From Octopus bimaculoides (lineage: Eukaryota), in NCBI RefSeq assembly GCF_001194135.2, contig NC_068984.1:61365164-61404566 (forward strand): a stretch of 39,403 bases of DNA, written 5' to 3'. The translations under genes and the position numbers were made by a program. Positions 1 to 11,830 of this stretch are shown here, in pieces. Position 1 is the first letter of the stretch. Every line of letters starts with the position of its first letter. The notes beneath the pieces are model-generated. The model was not told where the DNA came from. It made no database searches and was given only the letters and a program-made list of their open reading frames with translations.

Positions 1-274
1 GTGCCTTAGGTATAATAAAAAAATATTCAGACAAATACATAACAAAAACACCAGGACTTACAAATATATATAACATACAGAAAATTGCACTACTGGGTAC
101 TGCACACATTCTACGCAAAACACTTTCAATACAGTAAACATAAGAGCACCACAGCAATCCACAGCACATACCCAAGGCGCACAGAGCTGCGCTCGGTAGT
201 GAAGTGAAAGCACGTTATAAAAATAAAACTACTGAATAATAATAATAATAACAATAATAAATAAATAAATAAAT
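1..274 (+). mobile_element. 3' end of an R4/Dong-like (RLE) non-LTR retrotransposon: C-terminal codons, 3' UTR and (AAT)n tail
   Basis: Frame 3..137 reads ALGIIKKYSDKYITKTPGLTNIYNIQKIALLGTAHILRKTLSIQ*, matching the GALG...QKIALLGTAHILRK C-terminus of this clade and the end of the copy at 20393-20525. A ~100-nt UTR and an AAT/AAAT tail (235-274) follow. Confidence 0.85.
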
Positions 275-589
275 CGATCAAGAGGCTCTTTCCACTGAAC
301 GAATTTAACCTGAAAACAATCCTTGGAGAAATGGAAAGACAACTTATCAATAAATCTAAGGGAAATATTCTTTTAAAGCAAATCAACTTAAAGAAATTTC
401 AAGTTTGTTGTTAGATAAAGCTAAATTTCTTCTATGCATGCCTCAAAGTGACACGTGCAAAAAATCAACATCAGGAAATTCGGAAAAAGGGGTAAAAAAT
501 CACTACGTTCAGTAAGTAGGTAAATTGATTACGTATACACCCAACAGGTTATGCATATAAGTTGACATCTTAATATTTATAAACTATGT

Positions 590-655
590 AAGCTGACAGA
601 ATGGTTAGCACGCCGGCTAAAACGCTTCGCTGCATTTCATCCATCTGTTAGGAGA
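590..655 (+). mobile_element. 5' head fragment of a tRNA-derived SINE (octopus-type family 1)
   Basis: AGCTGACAGAATGGTTAGCACGCCGGCTAAAACGCTTCGCTGCATTTCATCC: A-box-like head; its second half resembles the start of the copy at 27455. Truncated. Confidence 0.6.
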
Positions 656-679
656 CACATCTATCTCCTAGCGCCAACG

Positions 680-1286
680 TTGTTTTCATAGCAAGGTACA
701 ACGCAGCAATGCAGAATCTATACTGGATCATTTATCGCCCTAGTGAACAAGGGCCACGTCACCCTAAGCAGAGATTATCATGGGAGCGAAAAGTTTGTTA
801 CTGGTTGAAACCTCCCCAGAAATATAAGTCTGGAAGTCTTTCGTAACAGGACAAGTGCTTCTGAAGGTCCTCAATGCCCAACATCTGCATGCACCCATCA
901 AATCAAAAGACAGAAAGGGTCTTGGGGAGATTATAATCGGATTATGGAGGCTTACCGCCATGTATCATTCTATAGACGTCTCAAACACTTAACAATCATA
1001 TAGAAGACTGTATGTGCATCCCTGATCACGAGCAGAAGTATTGGGGGAGCATCATAGCCATGACTACTCAACCTGAAGAAAATTGTAATTAGCCTCACTT
1101 ACAAGTTCATGCGCTATTTATCTTGATATAATACCCCACACATATTGTTGTGATGCATGTGCTTCGTATACCCTTATCAGGCGAGTAGTCATGATGGGTA
1201 TTTGGGCTTTGTATATTTGTACACCTGTGTAACTATGATAGCAAGCGCTGCTCTCTCAGTCAACAGAGACAACAACAACAATAATG
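680..1286 (+). mobile_element. LINE-like 3' fragment with (AAC/AAT) tail, clade unresolved
   Basis: GC-richer segment with broken frames (e.g. FIARYNAAMQNLYWII) ending in ...CTGCTCTCTCAGTCAAC plus an AAC/AAT tail (1261-1286). Resembles an abundant octopus repeat 3' end from memory; no diagnostic motif confirmed. Confidence 0.45.
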
Positions 1287-1455
1287 ACTTCACATTTTGG
1301 CACGAGGCCAACAATTTCTATGGGGGTGGGTACTAAGTCTATTACATGAACTCCAGTATTAGATGACTGTAGATAAAACTTTTTATATCGAGTTCAGTGC
1401 TTGACGGTATAAAGAAAGTCAAATTTGCTATTGTTTGAACACTGAATATAAAAGG
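1287..1455 (-). mobile_element. tRNA-derived SINE family 1, 3' part, degenerate
   Basis: The reverse complement aligns by eye with the copies at 22665-22778 and 27455-27632 (GTTCAAA...GACTTT...TAATAGACTTAG...GGCCTCGTGCCAAAATGTGAAG). Confidence 0.6.
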
Positions 1456-2296
1456 GGAAACAGCCCATTTATAGCTTTATTGATTAAAATGCATCGATAT
1501 ATTCTGATACCCGACATCTACATACGAACGCATACACGTATACTCTATGACACATATCTTACTTTACATTTTCTAGTATTGTTGTCTCCAAACATAACTT
1601 ATAATCAGTTTTGTCTACGGAATAGACTCTTAAAGTACGTACATTATTTCCACAGGTTTGTTGCAACTATTTCGATTTTCTATATGTTGCCTGTAGGCAT
1701 TAACAGGCTTGAGAAGTTAACATTTGATGGAAATCTTAAATGTTCCTATAATTTCAATTTTCTGAAAACTTCCAAATTTTCTGCCAATTTCATCGCAATT
1801 CTGCAGGAAAATATTTAAGTTGTGATTGAATTTCTTAACGGAATTGTTAAAGATTACTAAAAAAATATCTATAAAATAAATACGTAACGTTCATTAAATA
1901 TATCTGAAAAAATCTTAGTAATCATAAGAAAGTTTCTCGTTGAAGCATATCTAAATATTTGTGATATCACTGCCCATAATTCTTTTAAGTACTTTGAAGA
2001 AAGTAAAGTTAGAGTATATGAAGATATATTCGAACGTTTCAAAATTCGTAAACAAATCGAGTGAATTACAATTTCAGCATGACAACCACCTCTTCCATAA
2101 TGTCTGGTTAAACTATTATTACTATATACTCGATAAATTTCCGAGAACTAGAGAACTAGTCATCAGTTGTTGCTCAAAATACACGCTAATCGTTTTAGGT
2201 GCACAATAGCTAAGAAAATAGACTTGGCAGTCATAAGTATTACAACTGTATATATGTTTTTAATAACCAGGAAGGAGATCGGGGTAAACAACAATA

Positions 2297-2336
2297 GTTG
2301 CTACTGCTGCTACTGCTGTTACTGCTGCTACTGCTG

Positions 2337-2389
<53 letters not shown>
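2297..2389. repeat. Compound trinucleotide microsatellite (CTA/CTG) then (TAC)n
   Basis: Directly visible; source of the poly-Y/C ORF 2167..2394. Confidence 0.95.
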
Positions 2390-2390
<1 letters not shown>

Positions 2391-4404
2391 TTAAAGTTAC
2401 AATAAAATTATTCGTAATGGTTAATTTCTATTAATATTTACTGTATCTAAATTACGAATTATTCAGCAGTAACAAATTACTGGTACTTTAAAACTTTTTA
2501 CTTCACCGTAGAAGGGACAACAATTGAAACAAAAAAGCAAATCATCACCCATTCACCAGGATTTTATTTATTATTATAAAGCCAAGTGGGCTTTATATAT
2601 GTCAAATTGTATATCGGTGTCACTTCAGAACTTAAGAGGCTCCTATAAAGATTTTCGATGGAGAGTTACAAAAAAACAAACAAACTACTCAGTAGATCAA
2701 GAACAAGATATCTGAATAATATCCATAGTCGTAGTTCGTCACGACAAATAATCCAGCCGGAAAAATCTAATGACAGTTGCCTCTGATCGTCCCCTAATGA
2801 GAGAAGGAGATGGATGGATAGAAAACTGTCCAGCTGATAACTATAATTTTGTCTCAGAAAAATATTTATGTATGATGTTTACCGAATGTCTTATGAACTT
2901 TACTCGTTTATCAGTGTTGTAACTAAATACGTTTTTAGTTTTGCTATTTATTTACTTTATAAATACCAAAGAGTTGAAATTGGTATATTTATTTGAAAGA
3001 GTTAATATACAGTTTCATGGCATTAGAGAATATAATACAAGGAATGCGATATCACGAACGACTATGTTCTTTAATGCTTTAGTTAAAAGATTATCTCTGA
3101 ATTTATCTCTTAAAAAAAACTTTAGGTTGAAATATCTGTTCTCTACGATCTATTTTACATGGACACCATCTGAAGAGATCTCTATCTACTACGCTATATA
3201 TCACAAAAAGGTAAAAACATTCTTATTACACCGATAATGTCATAATTAATTATGCTCTAAGCGGTAGTCACGTATTATTATCGTGTAATTTTATGCAGCA
3301 TGTATGATATTAATAAATATAGGCTAAGTATTCGTTGATTTATTGAAGAAAATGAAACATTTAAAAACAATTATTACAAAAATATTAAAAGACGCTCATT
3401 TCCCCATCTCTCTTGTTGTTTATGCTTAGATCATAAAATTCTTTTTCCATTTGATATAATATCTGAGAAAATTGATAAGTTTGTCCAAATGTATATTTCA
3501 TTATGTACATACTAATGAAAATCAAGAACGACAATGGAAATTCCAGCTGACAAAACCGCATCAAATATGAAACGGAAAACATAGAAACAAACGAAGTAAT
3601 GCTAACTCACAATGTGAAGTAAAAATAACGGTATACTTTTCATTACCTCTGTAAACAACATCATTAGCGTGTTTAACCCAAGGCGGAATTGGCACCGTTT
3701 CACATCTTTCATCTAAAAAAAAATTATCTCTCATTCTTCAAAACAATATACAATCTCTAACAAGGTGATACTATACTAAATAACCTAAATGAATTGTTAG
3801 TACATTTGCCGATAGACACCGAGAGGTGGTGCATTACATAGATTCATTCTAAGCATGTCGCAATGCAGTTTTTAATAATTGTGTTTGTCTTTTCATCGTA
3901 TTATCTATAATCTTAAGTTTCTGAGAATTGAAAAGCGACCTGTCTTCGCGAATTTATTTCCGCAAACGGAGACGAACTCACACTCCTATAGAAACAAATA
4001 TTTCTAGTAAAGTGTGCTCAAAGTTTTGGACAAGTATTTCTACAATCAAAGGAGTAGGAATGTGCATGTTATACGGAAACCGGAAAGAAAACCAAACAGC
4101 AAAACACGATTTTTTCTCCTAGAACGTAGCATTGGAAATTTAAAGATACCCTAGTCCTGAGATAAAAACACCATAATCAAAAATAGATATGATCAGAATT
4201 TAGGATTGTAATGGCAAGGCACATTAATTCCACCGTCACACAGCTAATGTTTGTCTGCCGTTTATTTCTCTTAGGTGCACACATATCTCCCGAATAAATT
4301 TGCTATGAATGTGTTATAAAAATATGCACACACATTCATGCACAAATATAAATTCAAACATGTGTCTATTTCTATATATAAATAGATTAAAATTTTTAGT
4401 ACAA

Positions 4405-4545
4405 TGTTAGCTATTTCTGGAAAGGTGGTAAGTCAATTACATTGACCCCACTGAACAAGTGGTACGTATATTATCTACCCCAAAATGCTGAAAGGTATAG
4501 TCGACTTCGGCAAAATTTGAATTCACAATGTGGTGTGCAGATTCT
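4405..4545 (-). mobile_element. tRNA-derived SINE family 1, degenerate
   Basis: GGTAAGTCAATTACATTGACCCCACTGAACAAGTGGTAC...GAAAGGTATAGTCGACTTCGGCAAAATTTGAATTC is the reverse complement of the family 1 body seen at 22665 and 27455. Confidence 0.7.
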
Positions 4546-5062
4546 AAGAACTCTATCGGATCTCCGCCTTAATATCTGTATATAAATTACCATACTAACA
4601 CAAGCATATCGCCTTCAGTGCTCAGTGTAGTAAGGCGTGACTAAAATGGAACAACAGATAAAAGGATACACCTGTATATGATAAATAACTGTTCATTGAG
4701 AACAATGGTGCTGGTTTAAGATTTATTACTTAACAGTTAATTGTAAACTCTCTTGACCTAACTCTTCCATTAGAAGTATTTATTATCCCAATATATACAT
4801 TATTAAAGTTGCAAAATAGAGGTCAGGCATTCAAAAGTACATATTTCATTATCTCAAAGAAAATGTACTTCGCTGTGTCCCAATCTTATCAGTAGGTCAC
4901 AGTGCGATTCCTTAGAAGTGTGGCTACACTTTTGGCCTATTTACTGAAAATGCGTGTAAGGCTAACACTTGTGTCAATAATTTCTTAGTATATTGTTTGA
5001 CGCTGTATAATGTTTATTTTTCAATAACACTTATTAAGGTATTATATACGTAAGAGATAATT

Positions 5063-5066
<4 letters not shown>

Positions 5067-5116
<50 letters not shown>

Positions 5117-5372
5117 TACATGTATGTGCCTGTGTAAAGTGTTATATAACAATATCTATGTATGTGACCTTGTATTTCCTTGGTTAGATTTGGTAGCAAT
5201 GAGCATTAGTAGAGCGGAGGTGATACAAATGCTAGTTAACATACGCCGACTCTATTCAGTCTATTTATTTTTCATAACTTGCCTTGAACGTTATTATCCG
5301 TTGCCTCATTATCATTTTCCCCCTTTAGTCACATCAGAAGCGCCTAATTTTTTTATTTGTCTCTGTACCTTT

Positions 5373-5409
<37 letters not shown>

Positions 5410-5548
5410 TTCTTCTCCTTCTTCTTCTTCTTCTTCTTCTTCTTCTTCTTCTTCTTCTTCTTCTTCTTCTTGTAAATATGTGTATGTGTGTATTTGTGTT
5501 TGTGTGTGTATGTGTGTGCGTGCGTGCGTGCGTGCGCGCTGTGTGTGT
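5067..5548. repeat. Microsatellite cluster: (TA)n 5067-5110, (TTTC)n/(TTC)n 5370-5470, (GT)/(GCGT) 5480-5548
   Basis: Directly visible. Confidence 0.95.
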
Positions 5549-7279
5549 AAGATAAAGACCTATCCATCATAGGATGTGAACAAACTGCTTCCAATATTCA
5601 TACAATCCATTATCGGCAGCTCATTTTCTAGTGGTTGTCCACTAAAACGGCATCCTAATGATGACGGTGTCTATATATATGACGATGTGTATGAAATAAG
5701 AATTAAGGCTAATAACTTGAGATAAAGCTGCACGATCTGTATTATTTCGTCGCAGTAACACACGCACATACATATAGCAACTTTTGAAACTATCATCACG
5801 AATTCTGAAGATTTCACTCAATGTGGCCAATAAGTTTGTGAAACTAATATGTGCTATACAAATATAAAACCATTTCTTGTACGGTTACTATAGTATAAAG
5901 TCAGCAGAAGAATATCTGTCTTGGCATTGCTAAGTGTTTCCTGAAGTTTGCTTCAAATCATATTTCTGGAGACAATTTCATTTCCCATATTTCTTCTTGC
6001 ACATAGTTATTTCCTCGTTTCATCGTATAAAATTCTTAGTACACGGAAATCAATTTGTCAGTAACTATTTATTTCTTCCGTGGAAATACTCAGCAGAATT
6101 TACTTTCTAGTTTCAAATAAGCAGCGTAGTACGATCTAGTGTTAAATATAGAATTTTTGTTTCCAGTCCAATATTTGATTTTCCTACCGTATATTTTAGT
6201 TCAAGTTTTATTTTTCTTGTCATTCTAGCGTAAGAAAACGCTAATGGTTTTCTGAAATGTTTATTTCATAAAGTATTTTATTTACGCTACTGCACATAAT
6301 GCTCTATGTGATCGCACAGTCTAATATTAGAACATTTGATGTTCATTTATTACCTTTTTTCAGATTCATCTGTTGTTTGTTTCAATCATTGTTCATAACT
6401 CATATCTTAAAGCAAATCCCTTTTTATTTATTTTTTTGGTTGAAATATAAACATGGTAGAAATATAAAAATGAAGGCTTACAAATTGGAAATTTTACAGG
6501 ACACTAGTGATTACAAATAGGTTAGAGGTTGGCTCTAATAGGTGATTAACTACTTGAAAGCCGGTAGAATATCTGAGTATATATGTCAAAGAATAATAAG
6601 ATTCTTTCATGCTTCTCACTGTTATGCTAAGAATGTTTTCCCTATGTACAACATTTCCTTCACAACAAAAAAATGTCTTCTTAATCTTTGGTTAAAATTA
6701 GCTCGAAAAGTGATGTTTGGAAGAAATCGATTTCAGTATATGTTTGATGCTAGGAAAAAATGATATGACCCTGTTTATAAATGCCAACAACCTAAACTGT
6801 TTGTGGTTGATAAAAAAGTATTATGAAAAATAATTATAATCGTATAAAAATACGTGATTTGCAAAAAATACAGTGACTGAAAGGCAACGTATCTTAATCA
6901 TTAACTAATGCTATTCTCAGAGTGAATATGCTTTAAATTATAGATAATGTCACCTTAAAGAGAAGTTTAGATCTAAGATCTACATAACGTTAAAAAAATA
7001 TAATAGAGAAACACTAAAATTACTTCAATTTCAAAGTGATTCGTATCTTTACTCTGAACAAATCTAATACATTGAATAAAAGAAATAGTTCAAAATTGCT
7101 ATCATACCACATGTAGTTTTTTTCTAAAGTATAATCGTTGACATATTATCTCCCGAAATGATATAGTAACTCAGAAACTGGTGATCATTGACACTCCTTA
7201 TCTATATTATCTTTTAAAATATCTATATTACGTAGCTAGAAGCGATGAAAGTAATTGCCATTGCAGAGAAACAATCTGC

Positions 7280-7310
<31 letters not shown>

Positions 7311-7667
7311 CGCGAAAACATTTTTAGGAGGCAATATATAAACATTGGATACATGCTCAAAGGAAAACCAGATCAAATACTATTAATAAACACATCCCGT
7401 TTATTATAAAACTTCAATTGCTATTACAATATCCGGCTCTGCGTCTGCAAGTAATCTCCTCAATATATCAGAATGGTACACATATGTAGGGAACTGAGAA
7501 TTATTTAGTATCTTAAATTGTATAAAATGCGTATGGAATATACGGAAAATCAGAAAATAGATTCTAATGGCACATGCTAAGCTACACACTGATAAAGAAT
7601 TATTAAGAAATAGTAGCAAAAATTTTGAATTCTTCAATATATAGTATACAACTTTTACAGGTATATG

Positions 7668-7720
7668 ATATATATATATGTATACATGTATATATATATA
7701 TATGTATATACATACATACA

Positions 7721-7818
<98 letters not shown>
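7668..7818. repeat. Compound self-complementary microsatellite (CATA)n-(TA)n-(TATG)n
   Basis: Directly visible. Confidence 0.95.
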
Positions 7819-7916
7819 AAACCAGCGTTCTTGTTTCTAACGGTCATTTACTTAGCTATATAATGTTATAACTCGTTCGCAACCTTAGCATTTAGAGTAT
7901 GTCTTGCTTTTGTATG

Positions 7917-8009
7917 TTGGTTCCCTGAAGATGAATTTATGTGCAATTCCAGCACCTCTTACTTCTTTGGAGTAGAGTGCACATATATTTTGAAACATGT
8001 AGGAATTAA
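7917..8009 (+). ncRNA. Type I hammerhead ribozyme motif, probably from a Penelope-like pseudo-LTR remnant
   Basis: Stem I TTGGTTCC/GGAATTAA (7917-7924 with 8002-8009, two G-U pairs). Core CTGAAGA 7925-7931. Long stem II including ATGTGCA/TGCACAT. GAAA 7992-7995. Palindromic minimal stem III ACATGT. GTA cleavage triplet 7999-8001. Confidence 0.7.
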
Positions 8010-8231
8010 AGGAGCTTATTGATTATACGCATTTTGCTCCATTTACTATTATTCTTTACATGTATTATATGATTGAACGCCACGCATCCTCTTCGAAGTA
8101 ACTTTTATCTCACTAATTGTGATGCGCACTCTATACGATGTTTTTACTCTTTCGTTTTCTCTCTCTTTCTTATTCTTTAACATAACCCTCTCTCTCACTT
8201 TATAAATATTCAGATAGGAATGTACAATATA

Positions 8232-8233
<2 letters not shown>

Positions 8234-8310
<77 letters not shown>

Positions 8311-8402
8311 AGAGAGAGAGTAGGACAGAGAGAGAGAGTGAGAGAGAGAGAGAGAGTCAGACAGACAGCTAGATAGAAAGAGAGAAAGAGAAAGGAAGAG
8401 AG
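8234..8402. repeat. (GA)n microsatellite
   Basis: Directly visible. Confidence 0.95.
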
Positions 8403-8839
8403 AGGTGTTTCTGCCAGTGTGTAGAGCGTGTTTATCTATGCACTCATTAATTCTAATTTAACAAAGTAAAGTGAATATCGACATTATATTAGTAACGTCT
8501 GAAAATCAAATATATGAGCTCGCTAAATGTGAACGCAGTTCAGAATGAAACCTGAAGTAATTAATTCCAATACTATCTAATCTCTCATTATTTTATATGT
8601 TTTTTTTTAATTATTTAGCACTTTTAGCCATTAGACTATGACCAATCTTTGCATCAATTTCAAGTGTTTTAGTCGAGGTTCTCAAAAGATTATTCCAGCC
8701 CGGTATTTATTTTATTGGTATAAACTTAAGCGATCGCTAAATTACGCTTTCCAATAAAGGTACACAACACCTTTCTACACTGGTGAACAAACGAGAATAG
8801 ACAAACATACGAAAATGCAGCAAGAGAAACAGATCCATG

Positions 8840-8844
8840 TACAT

Positions 8845-8875
<31 letters not shown>

Positions 8876-9056
8876 AACACACACATACACACACACGCAC
8901 GCGCGCCTATACCTATCAGCCTATAAACTACACATATTTAACTTATATACATCATGCATTTGCCGGTAGGGTGCGATTTATATGTTTGAGAATACACGAA
9001 GTATAAACGTTAAGTATATGCAGTTGATAATGTGTATTACACTAGTGCTGACCCAA

Positions 9057-9105
<49 letters not shown>

Positions 9106-9156
9106 NNNNNNNNNNNNNNNNNNNNNNNNNNNNNNNNNNNNNNNNNNNNNNNNNNN

Positions 9157-9207
<51 letters not shown>

Positions 9208-9226
9208 TGTATATATATATATATAC
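8840..9226. repeat. (CA)n tracts 8840-8905 and 9060-9207 (gap 9106-9156) plus (TA)n
   Basis: Directly visible. Confidence 0.9.
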
Positions 9227-9355
9227 ATTTATATTGCGACTGTTACTGCAGGTGTGTACGTGTATACCACATTCTGCTTACTAGACATCGACCGTACAAA
9301 AGCTTCCGTAAAAGAATGCTCGCCCAAAGCACCACACAAAGTAAATGTAAACGCT

Positions 9356-9413
9356 GATGCTCCCATGTAGCGATGCTTCCATGTAGCGATGCTTCCATGT
9401 AGCGATGCTTCCA
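9356..9413. repeat. 16-bp tandem repeat GATGCTTCCATGTAGC, about 3.6 copies
   Basis: Units at 9356 (one mismatch), 9372 and 9388, and a partial unit at 9404. Confidence 0.9.
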
Positions 9414-11470
9414 CAAAGCGATTTCGGCATCGATAGCTTAATAGTTGCTAGGGGTTCATATAATTGTAGAGCAGACAATTATGTCACTGAAATTTACAAG
9501 ATAACCACCAATGCAGACACAACAATATTAATTTTCATTACTTTTTTTTTTAACGGAAGAGCGTTTGTAAATGTTGTCGAGATTTTACAAGTGATATTTT
9601 ACATATCCCTTATCTCTCGATAAACATTAAGCAAAAGAGCTATATCCTATTTTCTTAATACGTCTCACACACTTGCGCGCACATATATATATGCATATAC
9701 ATATACGCATATATGCATATATATATATATATATATATACATACACACACACACACACACACACATATGAACTCACAGTCGCTGATTTTGCAGCAAACAA
9801 AAAAATCTTTCATATATATATATATATATCCGCATACATACGTATATAACGTATGTACATGCATATATGTGTGTGAGTAAAATTTAAATAGCTTCGTTTC
9901 CTTCCGATAAAATATACCATAAAAATTGAACCTACAATCTCATTTAACAGTGAAACCTGTGTGAACGTAAGGCTTCTAACATTAGTAAACTTAAGATAAA
10001 TAGAATTTCTGAGATAAACTGAAACCAATTTAGAAATTTTATATCACTTACTTTCTTTAAAACAAACTTTCGGAAACATTACTTACTTTCTAGTCTGCGG
10101 ATATGTTCTATTTTATAATAGTCTAACTCAAGATTAAAGAGTAAAACTGGTTTATTAATGTTTATTGTGTCAAACACACCGAATGATATATAGATAAATA
10201 GCAATGAGTTATTATTATATATATATTTTTCTATGAACTACCTTGATACAGTTGAACGTTGCAAGTGAAACATTAGATTATATTTGACATGAAGTTTTCA
10301 ATAAGCAGTATGAAAATTTCAAAATAAAACTAGCATGACAACTCTTTTTTTGAATTTTTTTTTTATATATGTATATATTTTTAGTTCGAAATATATTTCC
10401 TACAATATATCAAAAATGTTCCACAAAACTTGTATGCATTCATAGTTTAGAGAACAGCTAGATTTAAATATTTATATAATAACATGAACTCTTGTCTAAA
10501 TGTCTAAAAAATAGTACTCAGTGAGTGAAAAATAAAAAAAAAGAAAGAAATCGAGTATGAAAGTGGACTGTACATTATGAATAACCGATAGAAATGATCA
10601 ACCGTCTAATTCAGTAAAGGAAAAACAACGGTTAAAAATATGAAAATTCTATAATAGGAAACAAGCACGTCATAGAAAAGTTTACCTTATCATATTTTAG
10701 ATGAAAGATATCGGGAAAATGACAGCCGGCATATCAACATATGTTTTATATATTTTGTAAATTTGTAAATATAGAATAATGTGTATGGCTTCTATGTCTT
10801 AAGACATGAAACCTTTATAAGTTTAATAATTACTTGCCTAGATATGGATATTTCGAAACCTTTGACTCAGTGATCGCCCATCAAGATACAGTCTAAGGAT
10901 GTTTTATATGAATTTGTATTTACATATACTTGTTTTGTGGTATGCAAAAAAAAACAAAAAACGTTGTTATTTCCTTTTACGCAGAATGTTATGTACACTT
11001 CTGATTTAGAAGAAAAAATGGTTCTGATTTTTCTTATGTAAATAACGGCGACGCAGTAAATATAATCAAACTGTAAAACTTGACTAATAATTCAAGATAT
11101 GTATAAAGTTGTATGAAAAGTCTGCGACTAAAAATATTTTAAAAATAATGTTTGAAGCTGTACGCCGGAAGGGTTTTTATAAAACATGGCGATCTATTCG
11201 TAAACTTTGTAAACAAGATACATGCATATGGCAACACGCACTCTCATATTTTTATAAACCTGAATAAATATACGCAAGTTATTGGTCAAATTGTTCTGCT
11301 TAACGAGTTTAAGAATATATTTTCAGTCGCAGGCCGTATGAATTTTTCTAATGTATACTAGTAAAATGAGCAAAGACGTGAGTTGCTCCGATAATATATA
11401 TGTTTGTGTGTGCGGGTGTGTGTGTGTATGTGTATGTGTGTGTATTTGTAAGTCTCTTTCNNNNNNNNNN

Positions 11471-11515
<45 letters not shown>

Positions 11516-11516
11516 C

Positions 11517-11830
11517 ATAAATTAACAGAATGAGATAAAAATCCAAGGCTGTGAAAGATTTCAAAGCATTTATACATAGAAGGGCTTACAGTTGTTTCGG
11601 GGATATTTTATATATACAATATCCCTGCATATCTCACATCTATTTTCATTCTTCCACTTCACTCGCTATTTCATATGTTATCTAAATTAACTATTGCTTA
11701 ACCATTTTCTCACACCGTCTCTGATGAAGGAATATATAAAATATCCCGGAAACAGCTGTGAGACCTTCTATTTATAAATGTTCTGAAATATTTCACAGCC
11801 TTGGATTTTTACCTCATTCTGTAAATTTAT
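11517..11830. mobile_element. Palindromic non-autonomous element with ~100-bp inverted arms, next to a (TA)n tract; probably Penelope pseudo-LTR derived
   Basis: 11517-11626 aligns with the reverse complement of 11728-11830: 10 mismatches in the first 99 nt by manual alignment, plus a ~7-nt indel. Spacer ~100 nt. The right arm carries a hammerhead motif. Confidence 0.75.
11717..11764 (+). ncRNA. Type I hammerhead ribozyme motif, probably inactive (GTG at the cleavage triplet)
   Basis: Stem I GTCT/AGAC, core CTGATGA 11721-11727, stem II GG(A)ATAT/ATATCC, GAAA 11749-11752, palindromic stem III ACAGCTGT. Triplet GTG 11758-11760 violates the NUH rule. Confidence 0.65.

Noticed and set aside
2128-2170. 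Minus-strand CTGATGA...GAAA
   Set aside because: No proper stem II closure, stem III, NUH site or stem I.
5573-5725. Protein-looking frames on both strands (DVNKLLPIF...YEIRIKANNLR; TPSSLGCRFSGQPLENELPIMD)
   Set aside because: Only ~50 codons and equally plausible on either strand. The FN3-like YEIRIKA resemblance is too short to support a call.
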